Source: an uncultured Acidimicrobiia bacterium
Lineage (GTDB): Bacteria > Actinomycetota > Acidimicrobiia > Acidimicrobiales > AC-14
DNA: 64,000 nt
Assembly: GCA_963773275.1 (NCBI GenBank)
Contig: CAVZAH010000009.1
Location: 865 to 64,864 of the forward strand
Reading direction: 5' to 3'
Below the pieces are notes generated by a model. That model worked only from the letters and a program-made list of their open reading frames with translations, had not been told where the DNA came from and made no database searches. Below are positions 37,945 to 48,838 of this stretch, one piece after another. Position numbers and translations under genes: made by a program. The stretch's first letter is position 1, and every line of letters starts with the position of its first letter.

Positions 37945-38894
37945 CGCCCGAGCCCGACGACCACCCCGACCCGGCGCTCGTGTCCACGCGCGGCATCTCC
38001 AGCGCCGCCGGCATGGACCTCGAGCTCCTGGCCGCGACCGAACCGGCATCCCGGACCCAATGGTCGCTGTTCGGGCGCCGGTTCCTGCGCCACCGGATGG
38101 CGGTCGTGTCGGTGTTCCTGCTGTTGTTCCTCTTGGTCGTCTGCTTCGGTGCCACGTGGGTGGCACCGTACGACCGGAACGAGATCGATCTCCTGCTCGG
38201 GCCACAGGGGCCGTCGGGCGCCCACTGGTTCGGCACCGACGAGCTGGGGCGCGACCAGCTGACCGAGATCATGTTCGCGGGCCAGATCTCACTCAAGATC
38301 GGCCTGGCGGTGGCGTTCATCGCCACCGTGGTGGGCACGATGCTGGGCTCCCTGGCCGGCTTCTTCGGGAAGATCCCCGAGCAGCTCCTCATGCGCCTCA
38401 CCGACCTCTTCCTCGTGGTCCCCGCCATCGCCATCCTGGCCATCGCCATCAAGAAGTTCGGCAACAGCAGCACGACGATCGTGCTCGTGCTGGCCGGCCT
38501 CGGCTGGATGTACATCGCCCGGGTGGTGAGGGGCCAGGTGCTGTCCATCAAGGAGAAGGAGTTCGTGGAGGCGGCCCGGGTGTCGGGGGCGTCGAGCGCC
38601 CGCATCATCTCCCGCCACATCCTGCCGAACATCGTGGGGCCGGTCCTGGTGAACGCCACCCTCGGGATCGCAGCCGCCATCGTCACCGAGTCGACGCTGT
38701 CGTTCCTGGGCTTCGGCGTGCAGCCCCCGGTCACCTCGTGGGGACGGATGCTGTCCGACGCCCGGGGGACGGTGGGCACCGACAAGGCCCACCTGATCTA
38801 CTTCCCCGGCCTCGCCCTCCTGCTCACGGTGCTGTCGGTGAACTACATCGGCGACGGCCTGCGGGATGCCTTCGACCCCCAGTCGAAGCGGTAG
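37941..38894 (+). CDS. ABC transporter permease (DppC/OppC-like)
   Basis: Permease with N-terminal extension; conserved region near ...AFIATVVGTMLGSLAGFFG. Confidence 0.85.
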   Translation: MTPEPDDHPDPALVSTRGISSAAGMDLELLAATEPASRTQWSLFGRRFLRHRMAVVSVFLLLFLLVVCFGATWVAPYDRNEIDLLLGPQGPSGAHWFGTDELGRDQLTEIMFAGQISLKIGLAVAFIATVVGTMLGSLAGFFGKIPEQLLMRLTDLFLVVPAIAILAIAIKKFGNSSTTIVLVLAGLGWMYIARVVRGQVLSIKEKEFVEAARVSGASSARIISRHILPNIVGPVLVNATLGIAAAIVTESTLSFLGFGVQPPVTSWGRMLSDARGTVGTDKAHLIYFPGLALLLTVLSVNYIGDGLRDAFDPQSKR

Positions 38895-38897
38895 CCG

Positions 38898-40055
38898 GTG
38901 ACCGACCCGGTGAGTGACCCGATGAGTGACCCGGCGAGGGACCCGGCGAGGGAGCCGGTGGGTGAGAGGGACTACTTCGAACCGGCCGGGCCGGAGGGGG
39001 CAGGGCCCGAGGTGTCGGACGGGGTGCCGGGCGTGCCGCTGTCGGTCCGCCACCTGCGGGTCGAGTTCCCCACCGACGACGGCCTGGTGAAGGCGGTCGA
39101 CGACATCTCCTTCGACGTGGCCCGCAACGAGGTGCTCGGCATCGTGGGCGAATCGGGATCCGGCAAGACGGTGACCGCCATGGCGATGCTCGGGCTCCTG
39201 CCCAAGTCGGCGAAGGTGAGCGGCGAGATCCTCCTCGGAGGCCGGCACATCCTGGGGCTGAGCGAGAAGCAGCTCCAACCCATCCGGGGCCAGCGCATCG
39301 CCATGGTCTTCCAGGACGCGCTGGCCGCCCTCAACCCCGTCCACACGGTCGGGGCGCAGATCGCGGAGGCGATCAACGTCCACCACGACCTTCCCAAGAA
39401 AGAGGTGCAGGACAAGGTCGTCTCCCTGCTCGACCTGGTCGGCATCCCGAACCCGAAGGCCCGGGTCGACCAGTACCCCCACGAGTACTCGGGCGGGATG
39501 CGCCAGCGGGCAATGATCGCCATGTCGATCGCCAACGACCCCGAGATCCTCATCGCCGACGAGCCCACGACCGCCCTCGACGTCACCATCCAGGCCCAGG
39601 TGCTCGACGTCCTGGCCCGGATCCAGGACCGCACCGATTCGGCCATCCTGCTCATCACCCACGACCTGGGGGTCGTGGCCGGGATGGCCGACCGGGTGAT
39701 GGTCATGTACGCCGGGCGCCAAGCCGAGCTCGGGACGGTCGACGACATCTTCTACCGCCCCCGCCATCCGTACACGTTGGGGCTCCTGGCCTCGCTGGCC
39801 CGCATCGACCGCGGGTCGAAGGCCGAGCGCCTCTACCGGATCGACGGCAACCCGCCGTCGCTCATCCACCTCCCGAGCGGGTGCGCCTTCCACCCGCGGT
39901 GCTTCCAGGCGGTTCGTCCGGAGCCGTGCGCCACGCTGCGACCCGAGCTCCTCGCCGCCTTCGGTGACGCCGGCCACTGCTCGGCCTGCCATTTCGCCGA
40001 GAACCTGGCCGAGGTGACGGCCGACCAGCTGCGAGCGGCGATGTCGGCCCCATGA
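38898..40055 (+). CDS. ABC transporter ATP-binding protein (DppD/OppD-like); N-terminus encoded by five tandem 12-bp repeats
   Basis: Walker A GESGSGKT, signature YSGGMRQR, C-terminal oligopeptide-ABC domain with Cys cluster; repeats 38898-38957. Confidence 0.8.
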   Translation: MTDPVSDPMSDPARDPAREPVGERDYFEPAGPEGAGPEVSDGVPGVPLSVRHLRVEFPTDDGLVKAVDDISFDVARNEVLGIVGESGSGKTVTAMAMLGLLPKSAKVSGEILLGGRHILGLSEKQLQPIRGQRIAMVFQDALAALNPVHTVGAQIAEAINVHHDLPKKEVQDKVVSLLDLVGIPNPKARVDQYPHEYSGGMRQRAMIAMSIANDPEILIADEPTTALDVTIQAQVLDVLARIQDRTDSAILLITHDLGVVAGMADRVMVMYAGRQAELGTVDDIFYRPRHPYTLGLLASLARIDRGSKAERLYRIDGNPPSLIHLPSGCAFHPRCFQAVRPEPCATLRPELLAAFGDAGHCSACHFAENLAEVTADQLRAAMSAP

Positions 40056-40309
40056 GCGACCACGTCCCGGACGACCGGGGGCCGGACGACCGGGGGCCGG
40101 ACGACCGGGGGCCGGACGACCGGGGGGCGGACGAGGCGGCCCCCAGCCACCCGGACCTGGGAACCCTGGGTGATCCGGAGGTGGACGAGGCGGCGTCGGA
40201 CGAGGCGTCCATGGAGGCCGCCGAGCTGGACGACCGGGCGGCGATGGAGGCCGCAGAGGCGGACGACCGCGCGGCGCGTGAGGCGGCGGCGCGTGCAGCG
40301 GCGGCGTAA
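40052..40309 (+). other. small acidic low-complexity ORF translationally coupled to dppD stop (ATGA) containing four perfect tandem 15-bp repeats (PDDRG x4); may be an out-of-frame N-terminal extension of the following ATPase
   Basis: CCGGACGACCGGGGG x4 at 40067-40126; ORF ends at TAA 40307-40309 just upstream of ATPase-frame coding sequence. Confidence 0.3.
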
Positions 40310-40361
40310 GGATGCGTCGGGTGCCGGTGCGGCGAGTGCGGGGGCGGCGGGTGCAGGGGCG

Positions 40362-41462
<1,101 letters not shown>

Positions 41463-41567
41463 TGGCTCCGAGATGGTCAGCTCACTCCCGGCGACAGGGG
41501 TGAGCCGGATCGAGTGTGCAGAAACGTGGCTATATCCCACGCAACTGCACAATCGAGCGCCCTGCTG

Positions 41568-42263
41568 TTATTGGGGCGGCGGGGGGCCGGACGGCGGTGG
41601 GGGCGGGCCTGACGGCGCCGGGGGCGGGGGCGGGCCGGGGGGCGGCGGTGGGTACGCGGGCGCTTGGCCGTAGACGGGGGCCCCGGGCGGGGGCGGGTTC
41701 CAGGGGGCGGCGGCGCCCCGGCGGGCGTTGCGGCGGCGGACGGCGGTGACGATGAGGATGGTCACGCCGGCGAGGAAACCGAAACCGCCCAGGGCGAAGG
41801 CGCCGACGATGGTGGTGACCAGCTTGCTGCCGACGCTGCGGCCGACGGCCAGGTCGCCGGTGCCGTCGGACTCGGACTGCACCACGTAGGTGCCCGGTTC
41901 CGCGATGTCGAAGGTGAGGACCGCGTAGCCGGAGTGGTCGCCGACGTTGTAGCTCAGCTCAGAGTCGTACCTCTCCAACGGCACCGGCTCGTCGGAATCG
42001 GCGGGTGTCAGCAGCACCTCGCCGTCCGGGATGTTGCCGCCGTCGGCCCCCGGCGCCTCGTAGTAGATGACGTAGCCGCCCGTGTCGGAGAACGTCACCT
42101 CACCCTCGCCGTTGGCCGACACCCGCTGGAAGTCGTCGATGGTGTCGGAGAAGCTCACGAAGCCGAGGCCGGCCCACACGACGGCGCCGATCACCCCCAC
42201 GGCGATGAGCGCCGCTCCCAGCCAGTAGCCCTTCTTCGATGGACCCGGACCCGTCGTGCTCAT
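41568..42263 (-). CDS. hypothetical membrane protein with two TM helices and Pro-rich C-terminal tail
   Basis: TM1 GYWLGAALIAVGVIGAVVWAGLGFV, TM2 LVTTIVGAFALGGFGFLAGVTILIV, C-terminal PPPPGPPPPPAPSGPPPPP. Confidence 0.5.
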   Translation of the reverse strand: MSTTGPGPSKKGYWLGAALIAVGVIGAVVWAGLGFVSFSDTIDDFQRVSANGEGEVTFSDTGGYVIYYEAPGADGGNIPDGEVLLTPADSDEPVPLERYDSELSYNVGDHSGYAVLTFDIAEPGTYVVQSESDGTGDLAVGRSVGSKLVTTIVGAFALGGFGFLAGVTILIVTAVRRRNARRGAAAPWNPPPPGAPVYGQAPAYPPPPPGPPPPPAPSGPPPPPSGPPPPQ

Positions 42264-42291
42264 CCACCCTCCCCGCTCGCTTCCCTCTTTC

Positions 42292-42765
42292 TTACAGGAA
42301 ACGCACGCCGTCGTCGCCCGCGGTTTCGTCGTCGACGACGGTGGAGCAGGTGGGGCAGTACCACCGGGCCTCCATCGGGGTGCCGCACGACCCGTGGCGC
42401 AGCGGCTCGCCGCCGCCCGTCGACGCCCCGCTCGGGCCCTGCCCCGCCCCCCACTGGGCCAGCAGGCGCAGCACGCCGGCCAGCTCCAGGCCCGAGCCGG
42501 TGAGCTGGTAGACGAACCGGGGCGGGCGGGTGGAGTACGGGGTCGCCACCAGGATGCCGTGGTGCTCGAGCTGGCGCAGGCGTTGGCTGAGGACGTTGGG
42601 GGCGATGCCGCCGAGGTCGTCGACCAGGTCGTTGAAGCGGCGAGGCCCGTCGAGGAGGGCCGACACCAGGAGGAGCGTCCACCGGTCGCCCACCCGGGCC
42701 ACCGCTTCCTCCAAGGCGCTCGACACCGGGCCCTTGGAGGTGGCTCGCTCGCTCACGGCGACCAT
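42292..42765 (-). CDS. HxlR-family transcriptional regulator with C-terminal Cys-rich (zinc-ribbon-like) tail
   Basis: DRWTLLLVSALLDGPRRFNDLVDDLGGIAPNVLSQRLRQLEHHGILV; C-terminal CGTPMEARWYCPTCS. Confidence 0.65.
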   Translation of the reverse strand: MVAVSERATSKGPVSSALEEAVARVGDRWTLLLVSALLDGPRRFNDLVDDLGGIAPNVLSQRLRQLEHHGILVATPYSTRPPRFVYQLTGSGLELAGVLRLLAQWGAGQGPSGASTGGGEPLRHGSCGTPMEARWYCPTCSTVVDDETAGDDGVRFL

Positions 42766-42787
42766 CTTGTCAAACCCACTTGCCGAT

Positions 42788-42816
42788 AGTAACTTGCAAC
42801 TCACAAGTTACTTGCA
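42788..42816. promoter_or_regulatory. 9-bp perfect inverted repeat AGTAACTTG-N7-CAAGTTACT (plus flanking direct repeat TAACTTGCA / TTACTTGCA) between divergent HxlR and htrA-like genes; candidate HxlR operator
   Basis: Sequence read directly at 42788-42816; followed by SD GGAGGAGA and ATG 42836. Confidence 0.5.
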
Positions 42817-42835
42817 GCAGGAGGAGACCCCCACC

Positions 42836-43753
42836 ATGGCAGACGTTCTGGAACAGCTGCAGCAGGCCACCGAAGAAGTGGCAGGCACCGCCGGCGGATC
42901 GGTGGTCGGCATCGGCCACGGGTGGGGCCGGGGCTCGGGAGTCGTGATCGGCGACGGCCTGGTGCTCACCAACGCCCACAACGTCCACGACCACGAGGTG
43001 CCGCTCAGCTTCGCCGACGGCCGCACCGTCACCGCCACCGTGGCCGGGGTCGACGTCGACGGCGACCTGGCAGTCCTCTCGGCCGAAACCGCCGGCGCCC
43101 CCCCCATCGAATGGGGCGACGGCGACCCCGCGGTCGGCGCGGTGGTCTTCGCCCTGGCCAACCCCGGCGGCCGGGGGCTGCGGGTCACCATGGGCCAGGT
43201 CTCGTCCGTGGGACGGTCGTTCCGGGGACCCCGGGGCCGGCGGGTGACGGGCAGCGTCGAGCACACCGCCCCCATGGCCAAGGGCTCGTCGGGCGGACCG
43301 GTGGTCGACGCCGCCGGCCGGTTCCTCGGTCTCAACACCAACCGCCTGGGCGAGGGCTTCTACCTGGCCCTGCCCGCCGACGCCGACCTGCGGGCCCGCG
43401 TCGAAGGGCTGTCGCGCGGGGAGTCGACGTCTCGCCTCTACCTGGGTGTGGGACTGGTGCCGGGCCGGGCCGCCCGCCAGCTGCGCCGGTCGGTGGGCCT
43501 GCCCGAGCGCGACGGCCTGCTGGTGCGCGAGGTGCAGGAGGACTCCCCCGCCGGCCGGGCCGGCCTGCGGGGCGGCGACCTGATCGTGGAGGCGGCCGGG
43601 CAGCCCATCGCCACCGTCGATGACCTCCACTCCATCCTCGACGGCCTCGACGAGAGCTCGTCGCTGGCGCTGGGTGTGGTCCGGGGCGCCGACGAGCTGG
43701 CGGTCATGGTCGGCTTCGGGAGCCAGGCGGCCCGCGAGGAAGGCACGGCGTAG
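42836..43753 (+). CDS. trypsin-like serine protease with C-terminal PDZ domain (HtrA/DegP-like), no obvious signal peptide
   Basis: Catalytic triad context LTNAHNV (His), DLAVL (Asp), GSSGGPVVD (Ser); PDZ-like LLVREVQEDSPAGRAGLRGGDLIV. Confidence 0.8.
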   Translation: MADVLEQLQQATEEVAGTAGGSVVGIGHGWGRGSGVVIGDGLVLTNAHNVHDHEVPLSFADGRTVTATVAGVDVDGDLAVLSAETAGAPPIEWGDGDPAVGAVVFALANPGGRGLRVTMGQVSSVGRSFRGPRGRRVTGSVEHTAPMAKGSSGGPVVDAAGRFLGLNTNRLGEGFYLALPADADLRARVEGLSRGESTSRLYLGVGLVPGRAARQLRRSVGLPERDGLLVREVQEDSPAGRAGLRGGDLIVEAAGQPIATVDDLHSILDGLDESSSLALGVVRGADELAVMVGFGSQAAREEGTA

Positions 43754-43756
43754 GCC

Positions 43757-44764
43757 ATGGCCGTGGCCCAGGTGCACCCCGAAGGCCGTCCACCCGTGCC
43801 CTCCGACGCGGAGGCGCTCGACGCCTACTCCACCGTCGTCACCAGCGTCGCCGACCGGCTGCTTCCGTCGGTCGCCAGCCTGCGGGTCATGGCCCGCGTG
43901 CCCGGCGGCCGCCGGCAGCAGGGTTCCGGATCGGCCGTCGTCGTCACCGGCGACGGCTTCCTCCTGACGTCGGCCCACGTGGTGGAGCGGGCCTCGGGTG
44001 GGGTGGCCGTGTTCGCCGACGGCGGCGAGGCCGAGTTCGACATCATCGGCTCCGACCGGCTGTCCGACCTGGCCGTCATCCGGTCCTCCACCCCTTTGGG
44101 GGGACAGGGCGTGGTGCCGGCCACCCTGGGCGACGCCGACCGCCTCCGGGTCGGCCAGCTGGTGGTGGCGATCGGCAACCCCCTCGGGTTCGCCGGCTCG
44201 GTCAGCGCCGGGGTGGTGAGCGCCCTCGGCCGCTCGTTCCCCGTGGGCGGGCCGCGCGGCCGGCTGGTGGAGAACGTCATCCAGACCGACGCCGCCCTCC
44301 ACCCCGGCAACTCCGGGGGTGCGCTGGCCGACGGCCGGGGCGAGGTGGTGGGGGTGAACACGGCCGTCGTCGGTCCCGGCATCGGCCAGGGCCTCGGGCT
44401 CGCCATCCCCGTCAACGCCACCACCCGGTCGATCGTGGCCGCCCTCATGGCCGAGGGCCGGGTGCGGCGGGCCTACCTGGGCATCGCCGGCGGCTCCCGT
44501 CCGCTTCCTCCGAGGGCGGCGCGGGCCACCGGTCAGGAGAAGGGCATCGAGGTGCTGACCGTGGTGGCGGGCAGCCCGGCGGCGGTGTCGGGGCTGAGGC
44601 CGGAGGACATCATCGTGTCCGTCGACGACGTGGCGGTGGCCGACGTGGGCGGCCTGCAACGGCTGATGACCGGCGACCGCATCGGCCGGCCGGTGCCCGT
44701 GGGCGTGTTCCGTTCGGGACAGGTGCGTTCGGTGGACGTGACCCCCACCGAACTGCCCGACTGA
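43757..44764 (+). CDS. second trypsin-like serine protease with PDZ domain (HtrA-like)
   Basis: LTSAHVV, DLAVI, GNSGGALAD; PDZ-like IEVLTVVAGSPAAVSGLRPEDIIV. Confidence 0.8.
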   Translation: MAVAQVHPEGRPPVPSDAEALDAYSTVVTSVADRLLPSVASLRVMARVPGGRRQQGSGSAVVVTGDGFLLTSAHVVERASGGVAVFADGGEAEFDIIGSDRLSDLAVIRSSTPLGGQGVVPATLGDADRLRVGQLVVAIGNPLGFAGSVSAGVVSALGRSFPVGGPRGRLVENVIQTDAALHPGNSGGALADGRGEVVGVNTAVVGPGIGQGLGLAIPVNATTRSIVAALMAEGRVRRAYLGIAGGSRPLPPRAARATGQEKGIEVLTVVAGSPAAVSGLRPEDIIVSVDDVAVADVGGLQRLMTGDRIGRPVPVGVFRSGQVRSVDVTPTELPD

Positions 44765-44839
44765 TCGTCCGGAGCTCTGACCCGGGCGCGAAGCGGCCCG
44801 CATCACCGGATACCGGTGATGCGGGCCGTCGCTGAATCT

Positions 44840-45043
44840 CTAGGCGCGCGAGACGTTGACGGCCTTGGGGCCCTTGTCGCCGGGCTCGCTGTCGTAGTTG
44901 ACCTTGTCACCCTCGGTGAGCGAGCGGAAGCCGCCGCCCGCGATACCCGAGTGGTGCACGAACAGGTCCTTGCCCTGGTCGTCGGGCGAGATGAAGCCGA
45001 AGCCCTTCTCGTCGCTGAACCACTTGACGGTTCCAGTTGCCAT
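44840..45043 (-). CDS. cspA: cold-shock protein (CspA family)
   Basis: [35 protein letters not shown] motifs; 67 aa. Confidence 0.9.
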   Translation of the reverse strand: MATGTVKWFSDEKGFGFISPDDQGKDLFVHHSGIAGGGFRSLTEGDKVNYDSEPGDKGPKAVNVSRA

Positions 45044-45237
45044 GATGATGTGTTCCTCCGTGTACTTGGCCTGGCGATCTGCGGAGGAAGCGGTGAAGCA
45101 ACGACCTGCGGACGCTGGCAATGTGTCGTCCGGTCTGTCCGGTCGTACAGCCACCAGTTTACGCCATCCCGTCAACCCCCCGCTCCTCCCGCCCCACCGG
45201 TGTCCGCGCGGCGGTCGCGGCGTCGCCGGCGAGGGGA

Positions 45238-46002
45238 TCAGGTGTACATCAGGGACCCGGGCGTGGTGAGCAGCTGGCCCGTCTCGAGCCACGTCTTGAG
45301 GCCGGAAAGGATCATCGGCCAGCCGCCGTAGAGCTCGTCGTTGGCGCCCTCCCGCAGCTCGTCGTGGGTGACGGTGAGGCGGCAGGAGTCGCCCACCGGC
45401 TCGATCTCCCACGTGACCCGCGACGTGCCCTCGCGCTTGACGTCGTCGCTCCAGAGGGCGGTCATGCTCTGGACCAGCCGGCGGGGAGGGTCGACCTCGA
45501 GGTTCTCCCCCTCCCCGAGCGGTCCGGGTGCCCCGGGGTGCGTCATCGCGAAGCGGGAGCCGGGCGTGAAGTCCGACTCGATCCGGGAGCCGAAGTGGTA
45601 CTTGCTCCTGATCTCAGGGTCGGTGATGGCCTCCCAGAGCCGCTCGGGGGTCGTGCGGATGTAGATCTCGAACACCTTCTCCATCGGAGTCTCCAGTCGT
45701 GTCTTGAGACCGCTGAGCGCAGCGGCCCAGGGCTCGGCGTACTTGCTCACCCACCGGTCGTGGACGAGGCGGATGGGGACCGGGTTCAGGAAATGGAGCT
45801 TCTCCCGGCCCCGCCGCCGGGTGACCACCAGGCCCGCCTCCTCGAGCAGCTTGAGATGCTTCATCACGCCGAAGCGCGTCATCTCGAAACGTCCCTCGAG
45901 GGCGCCCAACGTCTGCCCGTCCTCCCGGAACAGCTCATCGAGGAGGCTGCGCCGGGTCGGGTCGGCGAGCGCCCTGAACACTTCGTCCACGCCCTGCACC
46001 AT
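45238..46002 (-). CDS. ArsR-family HTH regulator fused to SRPBCC (Aha1-like) domain
   Basis: [48 protein letters not shown] then polyketide-cyclase/Aha1-like C-terminal half. Confidence 0.7.
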   Translation of the reverse strand: MVQGVDEVFRALADPTRRSLLDELFREDGQTLGALEGRFEMTRFGVMKHLKLLEEAGLVVTRRRGREKLHFLNPVPIRLVHDRWVSKYAEPWAAALSGLKTRLETPMEKVFEIYIRTTPERLWEAITDPEIRSKYHFGSRIESDFTPGSRFAMTHPGAPGPLGEGENLEVDPPRRLVQSMTALWSDDVKREGTSRVTWEIEPVGDSCRLTVTHDELREGANDELYGGWPMILSGLKTWLETGQLLTTPGSLMYT

Positions 46003-46062
46003 AGGTGACTATTTGGTCACGTGTCAAGGTCCCCGGGCGCAGCAGGCGCAGCAGGGGCGCCG

Positions 46063-46962
46063 TCAGGGGTCGACGTGGAGGAGCTGGATCCTGGTCACCG
46101 GCGGGAGGCCGGTGACGATCTGGTGCCACTTCAGGCCCGAGTCGGAGGACACGTGGATGCGCCCGTCGGGCGCGCCGACCACCACCCTCCGGCCGGACGC
46201 GGCGATGCAGCCGGAGTCGACGTTGCCCGAGAACAGCTCGGGCAGGCCGCCCCGGACCCGGCCGAAGCGGCGGGTGCCGTTGAGGGGCCGCCGGTACACG
46301 GCCGCCTTCTTGCCGTCGGGGCCCTCCGACACCGACAGGAAGATCATGTCGTCGCTGACCGCGACCGCCCGGGCGTAGACGGCGTGGAGTCCGTCATCGA
46401 GGATCCTCCATGTCCGCCCGTAGTCGTCGCTCGCGCCGAGGCCCCTGGCCGTCGCGGCCAGCACCCGGCCCGGCTGGCCCGGCACGGTGATCACCTGGTG
46501 GACGTCGACGTCGATGTCGATGGTGGGCCGCCACGTTTCGCCGCCGTCGTCGGAGTGGACGATGCCCCCGACGTGGACGTTGACGTAGAGCCGTCCTTCC
46601 TCGTCGACGGCCGCCGTGCGGACCGCGGGCGGGCCGCCGTGGGGCTGGTACCACGTCTCCCGCCCCTCGACCTGGTCGAACGAAGGGACCGGCCGGTTGC
46701 CGCCGCCGTCGAGGCCGACCTTCACCAGGTGGGCGCCCCGGGTGCCGGCGAGCAGCTCCGACCCGGTCCACAACAGGCAGGTGGCGTCGGGCACGTCGAT
46801 GTAGTCGCCGGTGAAGGCGAGGCCCTTCTGCACGCCGTAGCCCGCGACCAGCACATAGTCGCCGGCCACGTCGAGGATCGGCTCGATGTGGAGGAGCTCC
46901 GGCCACTGGTCGATGCGGTAGAGCCCGGCCCTCGTCGCGACCACGATCGTGTCCGAGGTCAT
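46063..46962 (-). CDS. BNR/Asp-box repeat beta-propeller protein
   Basis: Asp-box motifs SDDGGETW, SDDYGRTW, SSDSGLKW; ATG overlaps pirin stop (ATGA); N-terminal 260 aa of listed ORF 46063-47745 are antisense junk. Confidence 0.55.
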   Translation of the reverse strand: MTSDTIVVATRAGLYRIDQWPELLHIEPILDVAGDYVLVAGYGVQKGLAFTGDYIDVPDATCLLWTGSELLAGTRGAHLVKVGLDGGGNRPVPSFDQVEGRETWYQPHGGPPAVRTAAVDEEGRLYVNVHVGGIVHSDDGGETWRPTIDIDVDVHQVITVPGQPGRVLAATARGLGASDDYGRTWRILDDGLHAVYARAVAVSDDMIFLSVSEGPDGKKAAVYRRPLNGTRRFGRVRGGLPELFSGNVDSGCIAASGRRVVVGAPDGRIHVSSDSGLKWHQIVTGLPPVTRIQLLHVDP

Positions 46963-47714
46963 CGCATCTCCCAGATCAGCACCTCGGCACCTCCAGGGTC
47001 CTCGTCTGCCACCAGCAGCGGCGCGCCCGCCTTCGTGAGGCGTACCGCATCGCCGGAGGCCAACTCGCCGGCGCCTTCCATGCCTACCCGACCGGCGGCC
47101 ACGAACACGTGGGCCAGCCGGGCGTCGGGAACGACCACCGTCGCCCCCGGACGCAGGCGGGCCGCCCACAGCACGGCATCCCGCTGGCGGATGGCGATGG
47201 CGCCGTCGTGGCCCCGGCCGGAGGCGATCGGGACCAGCCCCCCCTTGTCGAGCTCGGCGTTGACGTCGAGCTGCTCGTAGTCGGGGTCGAGCCGCTCGGT
47301 GTCGGGCCGGACCCACATCTGCACGAAGTGCACGTCCCGTCCCCCGCCGGCCGGGGACGGGTTCATCTCCGAGTGCCAGATGCCCGTGCCGGCGCTCATC
47401 CGCTGGGCCAGTCCGGGGTAGATGACGCCGGCATTGCCCACCGAGTCCTTGTGCTCGAGCTCGCCCGCCAGCACCCACGTGACGATCTCCATGTCCTGGT
47501 GCGGATGGGTGCTGAACCCGCTGCCGGCCCGCACCACGTCGTCGTTGTTGACCAGGAGGACCCCGTGGCCGACGTTGCGGGGGTCGTAATGGCGGGAGAA
47601 GCTGAACGAGTGGTAGGAGTCGAGCCAGCCCAGCCGGGTGTGGAACCGTTCGCCGGACCTCCGCACGTCGAAGGCGGTGAGGTCGACGGGCGACGCAGCG
47701 GGCACGGGGGACAT
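46959..47714 (-). CDS. pirin-family cupin protein
   Basis: HPHQDMEIVTWVLAGELEHKDSVGN and second cupin half typical of pirin. Confidence 0.8.
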   Translation of the reverse strand: MSPVPAASPVDLTAFDVRRSGERFHTRLGWLDSYHSFSFSRHYDPRNVGHGVLLVNNDDVVRAGSGFSTHPHQDMEIVTWVLAGELEHKDSVGNAGVIYPGLAQRMSAGTGIWHSEMNPSPAGGGRDVHFVQMWVRPDTERLDPDYEQLDVNAELDKGGLVPIASGRGHDGAIAIRQRDAVLWAARLRPGATVVVPDARLAHVFVAAGRVGMEGAGELASGDAVRLTKAGAPLLVADEDPGGAEVLIWEMR

Positions 47715-47818
47715 TCTCCCGCCAACGCCCGCCGTTGCGCATCATTCCCGGGCACCATCAACCGGGCACCATCAACCAGTCCAGGTAGCGGCTCGGCCAC
47801 GGATAGCTTGCGAACGAG

Positions 47819-48838
47819 ATGCCTCCCGAGCCCCCCGCCATCCTCGTCGAAGGCCTGCGCAAGTCCTACGGCGCCATCCGGGCCCTCGACGGCATCGACC
47901 TGGCCGTGCCGGCCGGCTCGGTGCTCGGGCTGCTCGGCCCCAACGGGGCGGGCAAGACCACCGCCGTTCGCATCCTCACCACGCTCCTCCTCCCCGACCC
48001 GGGCTCGGGGAAGGTGATGGTGGCGGGGCACGACGTGGTCCGGTCGCCGGCGAAGGTGCGGTCGGTGATCGGCCTGGCCGGGCAGTTCGCGGCGGTCGAC
48101 GAGACCCTCTCCGGGCGGGAGAACCTGGTCCTGGTCGGCCGGCTCTACCACCTGGGCAAGGCGGAGGCATCCCGCCGGGCGGGCGAGGTGCTCGAGCGGT
48201 TCGACCTGGTGGCGGCCGCCGACCGGCGGGTGGGCACCTACTCGGGCGGCATGCGCCGGCGCCTCGACCTGGGCGCCAGCCTGGTCGGCCGCCCGCAGGT
48301 GCTCTTCCTCGACGAGCCCACGTCGGGGCTCGACCCCCGCAGCCGGATCGGGCTGTGGGAGATCATCGCCGAGCTGGTGGCGGCGGGGACGACCCTGCTG
48401 CTGACCACCCAGTACCTGGAGGAGGCCGACCGCCTGGCCGACACCATCGCGGTGATCGACAACGGCCGGGTGATCGCCCAGGGGACGCCCGACGACCTCA
48501 AGACCCGGGTCGGGGGCGAGGTGGTCGAGGTGACGGTCACGCCTGCGTCCGCCGCCCGGGGTGCGGTGGCGGCGCTGTCGGCCATCGCCACCGGGGAGGC
48601 CCACGTCGACCCCCAGGCGGGCCGGGTCTCGGTGCCGGTCACGGCCGGCGGATCGGTCGTGGCCGACGCCGTCCGCCTGCTGGACGCGGCCGGGATCGGC
48701 ATCGCCGACCTGTCGCTGCGCCGGCCCACGCTCGACGACGTGTTCCTCACCCTCACCGGCCACCCCGCCGCGGAAGCGGCCGAGCCGGCCGAGGCGGCCG
48801 AGGAGGTCGACGTCGCCCCGGCCGGCGGACGGCCGTGA
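47819..48838 (+). CDS. ABC transporter ATP-binding protein (DrrA-like exporter)
   Basis: Walker A GPNGAGKTT, signature YSGGMRRRL, Walker B LFLDEPTSGLD. Confidence 0.85.
   Translation: MPPEPPAILVEGLRKSYGAIRALDGIDLAVPAGSVLGLLGPNGAGKTTAVRILTTLLLPDPGSGKVMVAGHDVVRSPAKVRSVIGLAGQFAAVDETLSGRENLVLVGRLYHLGKAEASRRAGEVLERFDLVAAADRRVGTYSGGMRRRLDLGASLVGRPQVLFLDEPTSGLDPRSRIGLWEIIAELVAAGTTLLLTTQYLEEADRLADTIAVIDNGRVIAQGTPDDLKTRVGGEVVEVTVTPASAARGAVAALSAIATGEAHVDPQAGRVSVPVTAGGSVVADAVRLLDAAGIGIADLSLRRPTLDDVFLTLTGHPAAEAAEPAEAAEEVDVAPAGGRP

Noticed and set aside
42770-44806. 678-aa minus ORF 42770-44806 across both htrA-like genes
   Set aside because: Antisense shadow ORF. The HtrA catalytic triads are clear on the plus strand.
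46063-47745. N-terminal 260 aa of ORF 46063-47745 and ORFs 46021-47280(+), 47109-48017(+), 47396-48763(-)
   Set aside because: Overlap the pirin, BNR and ABC ATPase genes in other frames. Only the C-terminal BNR segment, from the ATG overlapping the pirin stop, is protein-like.
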